A program made the position numbers and the translations under genes. The notes under the pieces were generated by a model. That model had not been told where the DNA came from. It made no database searches and saw nothing but the letters and a program-made list of their open reading frames with translations. From a virus, in the IMG/VR virus record IMGVR_UViG_3300047650_000023: 64,000 bases of DNA. One strand, written 5' to 3'. Of the stretch, positions 37,470 through 46,833 are shown in pieces. How positions within the stretch are numbered: the first letter of the stretch is position 1; each line of letters starts with the position of its first letter.

Positions 37470-40220
37470 ATAGCTAAACAATTAATGTGTCAAAAGTTTA
37501 TTTATAAAATACATAGTGCTAGATTAAGAGATAATAAATGGAAATTAACATTACCTATTTATGAAGCAAGAAAAAATGATGAGATAATTGCTTTAGCAGA
37601 TAGTTCTACATTGAGATTTATTGATAAACTGAATAACATTACAGATTCAGAATTTAAATGCAAACAAATAAAAAAGGAATTAAGTGTTATTAAGAATCAA
37701 CCTAAATCAAAATCAAACAGAGATAAGATTCGTAAATTATATTCTGATCTTGATGCAATCCAATTTAAACCAGATTATATGTGTTTAATTATTGATAAAA
37801 ATTCAGATTATAATAGAGCAAAAAAAGGTTTTTATATTAACGGAATTAGATATCATAGATATGTTGGTACTCCTAATGGGGTAAAAAATGAAACTATTGT
37901 ATTTGTAAGTGATAGACATTATTCTGAATTAAGTAAACATATTGAGAACGGTAGAAATCCTAATGTTGAATTAGTACCTGCTAAATTTGAAGCATATAAA
38001 GCATTAGATTGTAGTGCGTCAATTCTAGTATCTAATCCTAAAGGCGTATTAGTTGTTGATGATTGTATTACTCATTTTAAATCCGATACTATACATATTG
38101 ACGATACAAATGATGGAGAACCACAATTATTTACTGTAAAAGATGATGATGTGGAATTATCGGATAGCGATGGATATGGGCTTATACTTCCCTCTTTAAG
38201 TTTACAATGGAATAAAGATATTGGAGAAAAAGAACCATATATAAGTAGTGGTTACTGTGTGAGAAATTCTTTTTGCAAGGGAATGGTTTTTTGCTTTGAC
38301 TTCATAAGGTTTGCGTATGAAGTTGCCGGAACCGATATAGTATGTGATGCTTGGGAAAATTGGCATAACATAAATGATATTGAAATAATTTTAACCACAT
38401 CTATGCTTAAACTTTGGGATAGTTATGATAGTATTGAAGATTATTTGTCTAAGTGTGAAAAGAATGGACATGGTTTTAGTATAACTAAATGCTGTCCCAA
38501 AGAGTTAGAGAATGAACGTAATTTAAACTATCAATTTATTCAAAGTTATAATTTTACCGATCAACAAATTCAAGGATTAATTCAACCGACAATTGATGAA
38601 ATAAAAGATGTTTTAGGTGGAGATTATTATAAAAGTCTTTTATTTTTAAAAGGTATTTATTTAAATGACGATAATGTAAATGCATTAGATTGTGATTTCG
38701 CTAAAGCTCTAATGATTGATAAAAGAATGATTAATGACCCATTCGTAAGAACCAGAATTTATCAAATGATTAAAAAGCGAATTACAGAAGCAAAAGTCGG
38801 CGTTATTAAAGTACATTCAAATTTTTCAATTGTTAGTGGTGATCCTTATTCTTTATGTCAACATATATTTGAATTAGAAGTAACAGGTTTATTAAAATCT
38901 GGTCAGGCATATTCAAAATATTGGTTAGATAAAGAGGTAGATAAAGTTGCTTGTTTTCGTGCGCCGATGACTTGTCATAACAATATCAGAATTTTAAATA
39001 TTACTGCGACAGATGAAATGATAGACTGGTATCAATATATGACTACTTGTACTATATTTAATTCATGGGATACTGTCGCTCATGCCCTTAACGGATTAGA
39101 TAAAGATTCTGATCAAATCTTAACCACAGACAACAAATACATTATAGAAAATGTACGAAATTTGCCAGCAATTATGTGTATTCAACGTAGAGCAAAAAAG
39201 AAAATTGTCACAGAAGATGATTTAGTTAAAGCAAATATTAATAGCTTTGGAGATGAAATTGGCTCAACCACTAATAGGATTACAAGTATGATTGAAGTTC
39301 AATCTCAGTTTTCTGCTGATAGCGAAGAATATAAAGTTTTAGATTATCGTATTAGATGCGGACAATTATTTCAGCAAAACGCTATTGATAAAACGAAGGG
39401 TATAATAGCAAAACCTATGCCTAAAGAATGGTTTAATAGAGATTCTAACAAAATACGTCCAGAAGATAATGAAGAAACTATTAAATTAAAAAAGTTTAAT
39501 CAATCAATTGTTGCAGATAAGAAGCCATATTTTATGTGTTATATATATCCTCAAGATATGACTAAATATAAAAAATACATAGCTAATACTAATCGTAAGG
39601 CTCTTCGTGAATTTAGAATTACAATGCAAGAATTATTTGATAAACCTAACAAAACAAAACGTGAGAAAGAATTTATTAATTATTATTATCAGAGGATGCC
39701 AGTAGGTATTAGTAAATGCGTTGTAAACAGAATTTGTTGGATTTTTGAAAAAGAATTTGATGGATATTTATCTAAAGAATTAGCTAATGTTGATTTTGAT
39801 TATAATATTTTAAAACATAATGTTGGATATAATCAAAAGACTTTTAATGATATAAAAAATATTTATGATTTATATATTAATAAACTTCAAGATTATAGAC
39901 AGTTAGTAAAACGTGAGCATATTGATTCTGACGAAGCTACAGTTGCTCGTGATGTATTAAAACAAGATTTTAAAAAAGAATGCGAAAAGATTTGTTCTAA
40001 ACAATATGAATTATGTGATATTGTTTTAGATATATGTTATCAAGATAATAGATCTAAACAATTTGCTTGGGATGTATGTGGAGATGTGATTATTGAAAAG
40101 TTATTAAAAGAAAATAATAATACAATTATGTATCCTGAGTTAGATGAAAATGGTACAATTGAATATGGTGGTAATTGGTTTACTATGCGTTCAAAACAAA
40201 TAGGAGGTGATTTAGATTGA
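37470..40220 (+). CDS. yonO: YonO-like single-subunit, double-psi-barrel RNA polymerase (eukaryotic RdRP-related fold); probable ATA start
   Basis: SDGYG, VRN..CKGM, GDPY, FRAP and DxDxD (DKDSD) motifs; SPbeta-like position before the late module; GGAGG lies 9 nt before in-frame ATA. Confidence 0.85.
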   Translation: MAKQLMCQKFIYKIHSARLRDNKWKLTLPIYEARKNDEIIALADSSTLRFIDKLNNITDSEFKCKQIKKELSVIKNQPKSKSNRDKIRKLYSDLDAIQFKPDYMCLIIDKNSDYNRAKKGFYINGIRYHRYVGTPNGVKNETIVFVSDRHYSELSKHIENGRNPNVELVPAKFEAYKALDCSASILVSNPKGVLVVDDCITHFKSDTIHIDDTNDGEPQLFTVKDDDVELSDSDGYGLILPSLSLQWNKDIGEKEPYISSGYCVRNSFCKGMVFCFDFIRFAYEVAGTDIVCDAWENWHNINDIEIILTTSMLKLWDSYDSIEDYLSKCEKNGHGFSITKCCPKELENERNLNYQFIQSYNFTDQQIQGLIQPTIDEIKDVLGGDYYKSLLFLKGIYLNDDNVNALDCDFAKALMIDKRMINDPFVRTRIYQMIKKRITEAKVGVIKVHSNFSIVSGDPYSLCQHIFELEVTGLLKSGQAYSKYWLDKEVDKVACFRAPMTCHNNIRILNITATDEMIDWYQYMTTCTIFNSWDTVAHALNGLDKDSDQILTTDNKYIIENVRNLPAIMCIQRRAKKKIVTEDDLVKANINSFGDEIGSTTNRITSMIEVQSQFSADSEEYKVLDYRIRCGQLFQQNAIDKTKGIIAKPMPKEWFNRDSNKIRPEDNEETIKLKKFNQSIVADKKPYFMCYIYPQDMTKYKKYIANTNRKALREFRITMQELFDKPNKTKREKEFINYYYQRMPVGISKCVVNRICWIFEKEFDGYLSKELANVDFDYNILKHNVGYNQKTFNDIKNIYDLYINKLQDYRQLVKREHIDSDEATVARDVLKQDFKKECEKICSKQYELCDIVLDICYQDNRSKQFAWDVCGDVIIEKLLKENNNTIMYPELDENGTIEYGGNWFTMRSKQIGGDLD

Positions 40221-40963
40221 GTATAATTTTAAATGAGCGTGAGTATGCTGAGAATTCAATTAGTACAGGATATATAAATAATAATAAACCTTCAGAAACA
40301 CTTAGTATTTTAGCAAAATATTATTACTCTGAAGGTAGAAATCAAAAGGAAATATATAAGTTACTTGAAGATTTTATGATTAAAAATTATAAAAACTTTA
40401 ATCCTGTCAAATGGAGTATTACAATTAATAAGCAAATTAAACAAGTGGAAAAATATCATTTAATTGAAGTGAATGGTGTTTGGATAACGCAAAATGAATT
40501 AGATACTATATTACAAATTAAGAATAAAATTTTAGAAAAATTGGCGTTTACAATATTATGTTTAGCTAAATTAAGTAATCGAATTAATCCCAATAATAAA
40601 GATTGGGTTAATCGTGAGGATAAAGTAATATTTAAACTTGCTAGAATTGCTTGTACGATTAAAAAGCAGAGTTTATACATAAATGATTTAAAAACTTTAG
40701 GATTGATTGAATATAGTAAAAAAATTGATAATGTAAACACTAATGTTTTATTTGTAGATGAAGATAGTGAAAGAGTTTTATTTATAAATGACTTTAGAGA
40801 ATTGGGTTATGAATATCTATTTTGGAAAGGAGAAAAGTTTTTTAGATGTGGCGAGTGTGGTGTTCTAAGAAGAAAAAATACTAATAATCAAAAGTATTGT
40901 AAGGATTGTGGTGAAGGAATAAATAAATTAAAAAGCCTTGATAAGTATTATCAAAATAAATGA
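40217..40963 (+). CDS. Protein coupled to the RNA polymerase gene, C-terminal zinc finger
   Basis: 4-nt overlap with the RNAP stop; CGECG...YCKDC. Confidence 0.75.
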   Translation: MSIILNEREYAENSISTGYINNNKPSETLSILAKYYYSEGRNQKEIYKLLEDFMIKNYKNFNPVKWSITINKQIKQVEKYHLIEVNGVWITQNELDTILQIKNKILEKLAFTILCLAKLSNRINPNNKDWVNREDKVIFKLARIACTIKKQSLYINDLKTLGLIEYSKKIDNVNTNVLFVDEDSERVLFINDFRELGYEYLFWKGEKFFRCGECGVLRRKNTNNQKYCKDCGEGINKLKSLDKYYQNK

Positions 40964-41099
40964 TTTTTGATTCAGAAAAGTCTCACAAACCTAGACTGTA
41001 TGCGGTCTGAGAGGATGTGTGAAATTCTATCTAATATGTATAGTATAGAGAAATGATTTTTAATTTATTTCAACAAAGAAAGTTTATCATGATGATAGA

Positions 41100-42155
41100 C
41101 TAATAAATAATTTCAAATGTGGGCAGTTCTACAAAACGTAAGTCCCACAATATTAACAAGTCCTTAAATGGATAAATATTATTTTCACTTTGGCTTTACG
41201 CCACGATTAGTTTAATTTCACTTGTGTATGCTGAACCGACAGCGACTCATTAAATGAATTCGGAATTAATCCATTTTGTGTTCACAGCACGTTAGTGACT
41301 GCTAAATAGCGTGATTTATTTTTAATATAATAACACAACAGTAAATCCAATAGATACGGAGCTGTCTTTCTAAGTATGCTTTAAGTGCATATCGTCTATT
41401 GGTAATTGTGTTTTTATATATAAGTGATTTTTTGATTTAGGCATTACGCCAGTGATTTAGTTTATGCTCGAAGCGTAAGGCATGGAGCAGGGATATAGGA
41501 TATACGCTATATCCTCTTATTAATATCATAAAACTGCAATTCTATATCATATGTACTCATCTTTAATTAGAATATAATTAATGCTCATGAGTCAATTATT
41601 ACTTTTCTTATGGAAATGTGTTCGTTTCCACAGATTCTCTTATATTCAAGAGTCTATGTCAGTAGTGGGCAGATAATGCATTACATTTGATACCCTAACA
41701 TAAATAGACTAATTGTGTGACTAATGGGCAATGCACAAATAACTACTATGCTCTTAATTGAGCCAGAGATTTTATATCTCTAAATAAAAATAATGTATCC
41801 AATATTTTCATATGGATAGAGGTATATTTTGCGGAGTATATCGGTGCAACGGAATACGTTCCTATAATGCACAGTCGGAATAGAGACACTAAACCTATTC
41901 CATTGGATGATCCGACATCCTAAAAATCTGAAATACTTATCAGACGAATGTGCTGATGGTTGACAAGCAACAGAAAAACTTGTATTCATGGAGATGGCAG
42001 ACATCTATAAAATCGGATTTACTTTAATTAAGTCCCACAATTTACAGTGGGTACATGCCCATGAGGGCAAATTTTTAACTGACTGGCAGGGTTGTTCAAT
42101 AGGACTTCCCTGCTATTATTCTGATTATTAGGCCGTCTAAATTAAGACGGTCATA
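41100..42155 (+). ncRNA. Candidate large structured non-coding RNA(s)
   Basis: About 1 kb with no plus-strand ORF of 60 aa or more, GC-richer than flanks, more than 15 complementary stems and internally repeated motifs. Confidence 0.55.
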
Positions 42156-42200
42156 ATGATATATAAAAATTTAAAAGAAAAAGGAATGAGTTATTAACTA

Positions 42201-42380
42201 ATGATTGAAGTCAGTCAAGCAGCCGCATTTTACATAAGAAAGCACTCCCCAAGTTCTCACATAAGTATGGCATCAAAAAACAAAAATTCAAATGGAAAAA
42301 CATATTTTGCTATTGAGGAGGCTATTACATTTAAACTCTTGAAAGAATTTCACGAGAAAGAATTAAATGGTCAGTTGTAA
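42201..42380 (+). CDS. Small hypothetical protein (59 aa, MIEVSQAAAF...)
   Basis: Translated by hand; below the ORF-track cutoff. Confidence 0.6.
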   Translation: MIEVSQAAAFYIRKHSPSSHISMASKNKNSNGKTYFAIEEAITFKLLKEFHEKELNGQL

Positions 42381-42446
42381 GTACAGTATAATACAGTAAA
42401 TTGATAAACTAAAAATAAATTTGAAATAAGAAAGAAGAATATATTA

Positions 42447-42674
42447 ATGGCAAAGATCAGTAAAAGTATGTCGTTTAAGGATGCAGAAATTAATTTAGAA
42501 GATTTATCACTTACAGAATTTAAGAAAGATAATACTACTGAATATAATATTATGGATATCCTTAAAGAGTGGAACGGTATTAAGGGTATATCACTTGTAA
42601 TTAAACTTGATAATGATGTAAATACAATTGGCGAAGATGACGAAAGTTCTGACGGAGAGGATGACGAACTCTGA
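42447..42674 (+). CDS. YonK-like protein
   Basis: Resembles SPbeta YonK (INLEDLSLTE...YNIMDILKEWNG...SLVIK) and is syntenic with it. Confidence 0.6.
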   Translation: MAKISKSMSFKDAEINLEDLSLTEFKKDNTTEYNIMDILKEWNGIKGISLVIKLDNDVNTIGEDDESSDGEDDEL

Positions 42675-43897
42675 TAGATGTTAAATCTGAATTAGAGAAA
42701 TATGGACTTACTGAAGAACAGTACGAAAAATGTTTAGATGATGTTGCTAATAAAATAAATGGTATTAGTGATGATGATTGGTCTGAAATTGTTACAAGAA
42801 ATAATTTACATATTCATTATGATACTTTAAGAAAAGCGCAACAAACTATTTTCGGTGGTTATTTTGTAAAAGAATATTATAATCAAAAAAAGATAACATC
42901 TAAAACTCAGTTGTCTCAAGCTAAAGAATTAATTGGAGAACAGTTAGTTCTTAAAAAACAAATTCAATCGGATAAATCGCAAATTACAAAAATTCAAAAT
43001 AGTTTTATTAAATCAATTTCAATTGCAGAAGAATTATCTCAAATTTTTGAAGATAATAATTTTCAAGTAAATGTTCCTGAATATTGTCATGTTGAAATAG
43101 ATGATAGTAGTGAATACAAAATGATTATACACATAACAGATTGGCACATTGGCTATGTGATTGACAACTGTAAAGGGAATTATTATAATTGGGAAATTGC
43201 AAATGAACGTATTAATAAACTTATAAATGAATGTCGTAAATATATAAAAATGTATGACATAAAAAAAGTTTATGTTATAAATACTGGAGACAATATTGAA
43301 CATGTCGCAATGCGTAAAAATCAATCTCAGTTTTGTGAGTTTAATCAGTCAGAACAAATTAATCATGCAATTGATTTAATATTTAGATTTTTAACTGCTT
43401 TATGTAGAGATTGTTATGTTGAATACGATAGTATTTATGGCAACCATGATCGCATGAATGGTGATTTGTCTGCTAATTTAGACGGTGATAATGCAGATAC
43501 AATTATAAAAGAACAAATATCTAAATATAAAGAATTATCCAAAACTGTAAGATTAAATGTAATTCAAAGAAGACATACAGATAAAGAAATTATTGTTGAT
43601 ATTGAAGGATTAAAGTGTAAGTTTTCTCATGGGAATATTGGAATAAAAAATGACAAACTACAATTGAGAAATGAAATGTCTATGAATAATGAATTTTATA
43701 ATTTGTCGTTTCAAGGGCATGAACATAATTTTGGTGTCACATCAGAAAATAATGGTAGATATATTATACATACGGGTTGTCTTTCTGGATTTGATGATTA
43801 TTCGGTTGGATTCGGATGTTCCACAGTTGCTTCTCAAACAATTGTTGTTGTAAGTAATAATAATGTCGAATTAATAAAAGATGTAGTTTTAATTTAA
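42674..43897 (+). CDS. Calcineurin-like metallophosphoesterase (YonJ-like); probable ATA start
   Basis: DWH, GD, GNHD, SHG, GHEH motifs; frame open 79 codons upstream of 42911 to an ATA overlapping the previous TGA. Confidence 0.8.
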   Translation: MDVKSELEKYGLTEEQYEKCLDDVANKINGISDDDWSEIVTRNNLHIHYDTLRKAQQTIFGGYFVKEYYNQKKITSKTQLSQAKELIGEQLVLKKQIQSDKSQITKIQNSFIKSISIAEELSQIFEDNNFQVNVPEYCHVEIDDSSEYKMIIHITDWHIGYVIDNCKGNYYNWEIANERINKLINECRKYIKMYDIKKVYVINTGDNIEHVAMRKNQSQFCEFNQSEQINHAIDLIFRFLTALCRDCYVEYDSIYGNHDRMNGDLSANLDGDNADTIIKEQISKYKELSKTVRLNVIQRRHTDKEIIVDIEGLKCKFSHGNIGIKNDKLQLRNEMSMNNEFYNLSFQGHEHNFGVTSENNGRYIIHTGCLSGFDDYSVGFGCSTVASQTIVVVSNNNVELIKDVVLI

Positions 43898-43952
43898 ATA
43901 TTTGGGTGAGTCATTGTGGGGTATGCTCCCACAACCCTCTTATATACGAATT

Positions 43953-43980
43953 AAGGTGTAACGAAATGTTACACCTTTTA
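43953..43980 (+). terminator. Intrinsic terminator-like hairpin
   Basis: AAGGTGTAAC / GTTACACCTT followed by T-rich tail. Confidence 0.6.
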
Positions 43981-44004
43981 TTTATGTAAAGGAGAGGATG
44001 TAAT

Positions 44005-44769
44005 ATGGCAAAAGAAAAATTGTGTGGAATCTATTGTATTGAAAATTTGGTGAATGGCAAAAAGTATATTGGCTTATCTATTAATATTAAACAGCGTTGG
44101 ACACAACATAAAACTGATTTAAGACATCAATATCATAAAAATTCTTATTTACAAAATGCTTGGAATAAATATGGTGAAGATAATTTTGGATTTAATATTA
44201 TACAGGAGTGTAAAAAAACTGAATTATCTGAATTAGAAAAATTTTATATTGATAAATTTGATACTACAAATGAAAAATATGGATATAACTTAACATTTGG
44301 TGGTGAAGAATGTATTCATACTAAACAATCAAAAGAAAAATTGTCAAAAGCTAGAATAGAACATTCTAATAATAGTCCTAATACTCAAAAGGTTGTACAA
44401 TTAAATATGTTTGGACAAATCGTTAAAGTATTTAACACTGTAAACGAAATTAATAGATTACTAGGATATGACACTAAAGGAATTCGAGGTTGTTTAAATA
44501 AGGAGCCTAAAAGAAAAACAGGTTATAATTGTATATGGATGTATTATCAAGATTTTTTAGATAATGGTTGTAACTTAGATAATTATAAAACTAAATATTG
44601 TAACAAATCAAAAAACATTTTACAATTAAATTTAGATGGTAATGTAATCAATGAATTTAAGAGTATTAATTATGCTGGAAAAATATTAGATATACCAACA
44701 CAAAACATTTCAAGATGTCTATTAAATAGAACTAAAACAGCAGGTGGTTTTATGTGGAAGTATGCTTAA
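44005..44769 (+). CDS. GIY-YIG homing endonuclease with NUMOD-type repeats
   Basis: GIYCIENLVNGKKYIG; GYN motif; two VxQ..L.G..(V/I)..F repeats. Confidence 0.9.
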   Translation: MAKEKLCGIYCIENLVNGKKYIGLSINIKQRWTQHKTDLRHQYHKNSYLQNAWNKYGEDNFGFNIIQECKKTELSELEKFYIDKFDTTNEKYGYNLTFGGEECIHTKQSKEKLSKARIEHSNNSPNTQKVVQLNMFGQIVKVFNTVNEINRLLGYDTKGIRGCLNKEPKRKTGYNCIWMYYQDFLDNGCNLDNYKTKYCNKSKNILQLNLDGNVINEFKSINYAGKILDIPTQNISRCLLNRTKTAGGFMWKYA

Positions 44770-44893
44770 AAAAGAATATATGGAGAGCCACAGCAGTTGA
44801 TTTGTATTTGTACTAAAAATGGAATTAGATGTTCTTACGATATAAACTTTTAAAATAAAAATAATAAATTAAAGTTGAGGTTATACATAATAA

Positions 44894-45649
44894 ATGAATA
44901 AATATTCACATAAAAATAAAGAACCAAACGTTACTAATTTCTGTTGTATTAATCATTTTGTAGAAGAAATTATAGACGAGTTGTTTAATTCAGATGAAGA
45001 ATTTGCAAGCACATCTATAGTTGCAAATAAAGAATTTTCGCAAGATTTAATTAGAGTTTTGCTTTCGTTAAAAGACGAAGATGATGATTTCGTTTTTGAC
45101 ATGGCAATGGTTAGTTTTGATTCGGTTGAATATGATTCAGAATATATAATTTCCATAGGAACAGATTTTGAAGTATGGTGTGAACCTATGTGGAGAGAGA
45201 ATGAATATAGTACAGGATATTTGAATACGGAGTCAGAACACGCATACGTACTTGATGATTCTAATTTTAAAGTTCTTGATAATATTGATTGTGACGATAT
45301 AACGATATTTGGATTTGAAGATAATGAAGATGAAATAGATGATGATTCAGATGAAGATGATTGTGACGGAGACTGTGAGAGTTGTGAATGTGAGTCTCAT
45401 TGTGAAACTGAAACAGATGATGAAGAATTTGAAATAGAAAGTGATGATGAATTGTCAGACGATGTAAGCGAGAGAATTAGAATAATTGTTGAGTGTGCAG
45501 ATAAAATTGTTGATATGTCTTGTCCTCATTGTGTTTGCGAGGAGTTGATTCAATTGGCTAAGACTTTTGAAAAGATAGGGCATGATCAAGCAAAAGATGA
45601 AATGCAGTGTATGCTTGATTGTATGGATGATGAAGACTGTGAAGATTAA
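44894..45649 (+). CDS. Highly acidic, Cys-rich hypothetical protein
   Basis: D/E tracts and CDGDCESCECESHC. Confidence 0.75.
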   Translation: MNKYSHKNKEPNVTNFCCINHFVEEIIDELFNSDEEFASTSIVANKEFSQDLIRVLLSLKDEDDDFVFDMAMVSFDSVEYDSEYIISIGTDFEVWCEPMWRENEYSTGYLNTESEHAYVLDDSNFKVLDNIDCDDITIFGFEDNEDEIDDDSDEDDCDGDCESCECESHCETETDDEEFEIESDDELSDDVSERIRIIVECADKIVDMSCPHCVCEELIQLAKTFEKIGHDQAKDEMQCMLDCMDDEDCED

Positions 45650-45704
45650 GTAATAGTTTTTATTAAGCAAATAAATTATAAAAATAAGTGAGGAATTTTA
45701 ATAA

Positions 45705-45980
45705 ATGAATAAAGTCGGTTTTATAGAACGATACGCAGAAAAAACAGGGAATACAAAAAAAGATTCTGATATTGCTATTACAGCAGTATTTGATGTAATT
45801 ATGGAAACATTGGCTTCAGGTGAGGAAATAAATCTTATTGGTACTGGAAAGTTTAGTGTAACTGAACGTCCAGAGCATAGTGGAATTAATCCAAAAACCA
45901 AAGAACCAATTTTGATTTCTAAGAGTAAGCGAGTGTCTTTTAAAGCAGGAAAAACGTTTAAAGATTTTATTAATAAGTAA
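45705..45980 (+). CDS. hup: HU-family histone-like DNA-binding protein
   Basis: MNKxxFI...GTGKF...GINPKT...VSFKAGK. Confidence 0.92.
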   Translation: MNKVGFIERYAEKTGNTKKDSDIAITAVFDVIMETLASGEEINLIGTGKFSVTERPEHSGINPKTKEPILISKSKRVSFKAGKTFKDFINK

Positions 45981-46028
45981 ATATAACACAAGTTGGGGAA
46001 TTGCCTATAGGCGACTCCCCTTTTATAT

Positions 46029-46118
46029 GGAGAGTTGGCAGAGTTCGGTTTAATGCGTCTGTCTACTAAACAGATAATGGTAAAACATTCGTGAGTTCAA
46101 ATCTCACACTCTCTTCCA
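46029..46118 (+). tRNA. tRNA-Ser with anticodon ACT (long variable arm, encoded CCA)
   Basis: Acceptor GGAGAGT/ACTCTCT, anticodon stem TCTGT/ACAGA, loop CTACTAA, T-arm GTGAG-TTCAAAT-CTCAC. Confidence 0.85.
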
Positions 46119-46182
46119 TAGCAGATTGAATCTGTTAAATTTGATAAGGGTTGTGACCGCACCACAGAAGGAGAAATAAATT

Positions 46183-46632
46183 ATGGAAAATTATTATGAA
46201 GGTATTGTTAAGAATTTAAAAAGAGATGCAGAAAGTTTGTCAAAAGGTTTAAAAAATATTTTAGAAAATAATAGTGGAGATATTAATAAGTATATAGGGA
46301 TGACAAAAGCTTTAAAAGAAACTTTAAGCTTAATTAAAGAATTTGATTGGCAATTGAAATATTCACAATATGAAACAAGTGAATCTGATGGTACAAACAA
46401 ACATTTTGAAGTTGCAATATGGGAACAAAATAGTCAAAATGAAATTCGCAATCATCAACATTTTGAAGTTGTTAAAGATTTAAGTAAGGGGCGTTTAAGT
46501 ATTAATGCATTTATAGATGGTATTACTTCAAGATGGAATAACATGTCTGACGGAGAAAAACATGAGCTGGCTATTAATTTAGTTGGAATAAAAGATGAAA
46601 CTACTTTTATTTCAATGATGAACAAAGATTAA
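46183..46632 (+). CDS. Hypothetical protein between the tRNAs
   Basis: AAGGAG upstream. Confidence 0.75.
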   Translation: MENYYEGIVKNLKRDAESLSKGLKNILENNSGDINKYIGMTKALKETLSLIKEFDWQLKYSQYETSESDGTNKHFEVAIWEQNSQNEIRNHQHFEVVKDLSKGRLSINAFIDGITSRWNNMSDGEKHELAINLVGIKDETTFISMMNKD

Positions 46633-46707
46633 AGGTTAATTAAAGTATAAAAACAATTTGGGAAATTGCTTTTGTGGGAGTTGCCTTATAGGTGACTCCT
46701 TTTATAT

Positions 46708-46782
46708 GCAGATATAGTGTTAATGGTAGCACACGAGTTTTCCAAACTTGGAGTGACGATTCAAATTCGTTTATCTGCTCCA
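46708..46782 (+). tRNA. tRNA-Gly (TCC)
   Basis: Acceptor GCAGATA/TATCTGC, U73, CCA; anticodon loop TTTCCAA; T-loop TTCAAAT. Confidence 0.9.
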
Positions 46783-46833
46783 TAGTAGATTAAATCTACT
46801 AAATATTTTATTAAATTTTTGGAGGTATTTTTT

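Noticed and set aside
41640-42155. tmRNA, RNase P RNA or group I intron identity for the structured region
   Set aside because: I could not find the tRNA-like tmRNA termini, the RNase P GAGGAAAGUCC motif or group I P7 elements by eye; the family is left unassigned.
44779-44840. Possible tRNA remnant starting ATATGGAGAG after the GIY-YIG gene
   Set aside because: No T-arm, anticodon stem or complementary acceptor 3' strand.
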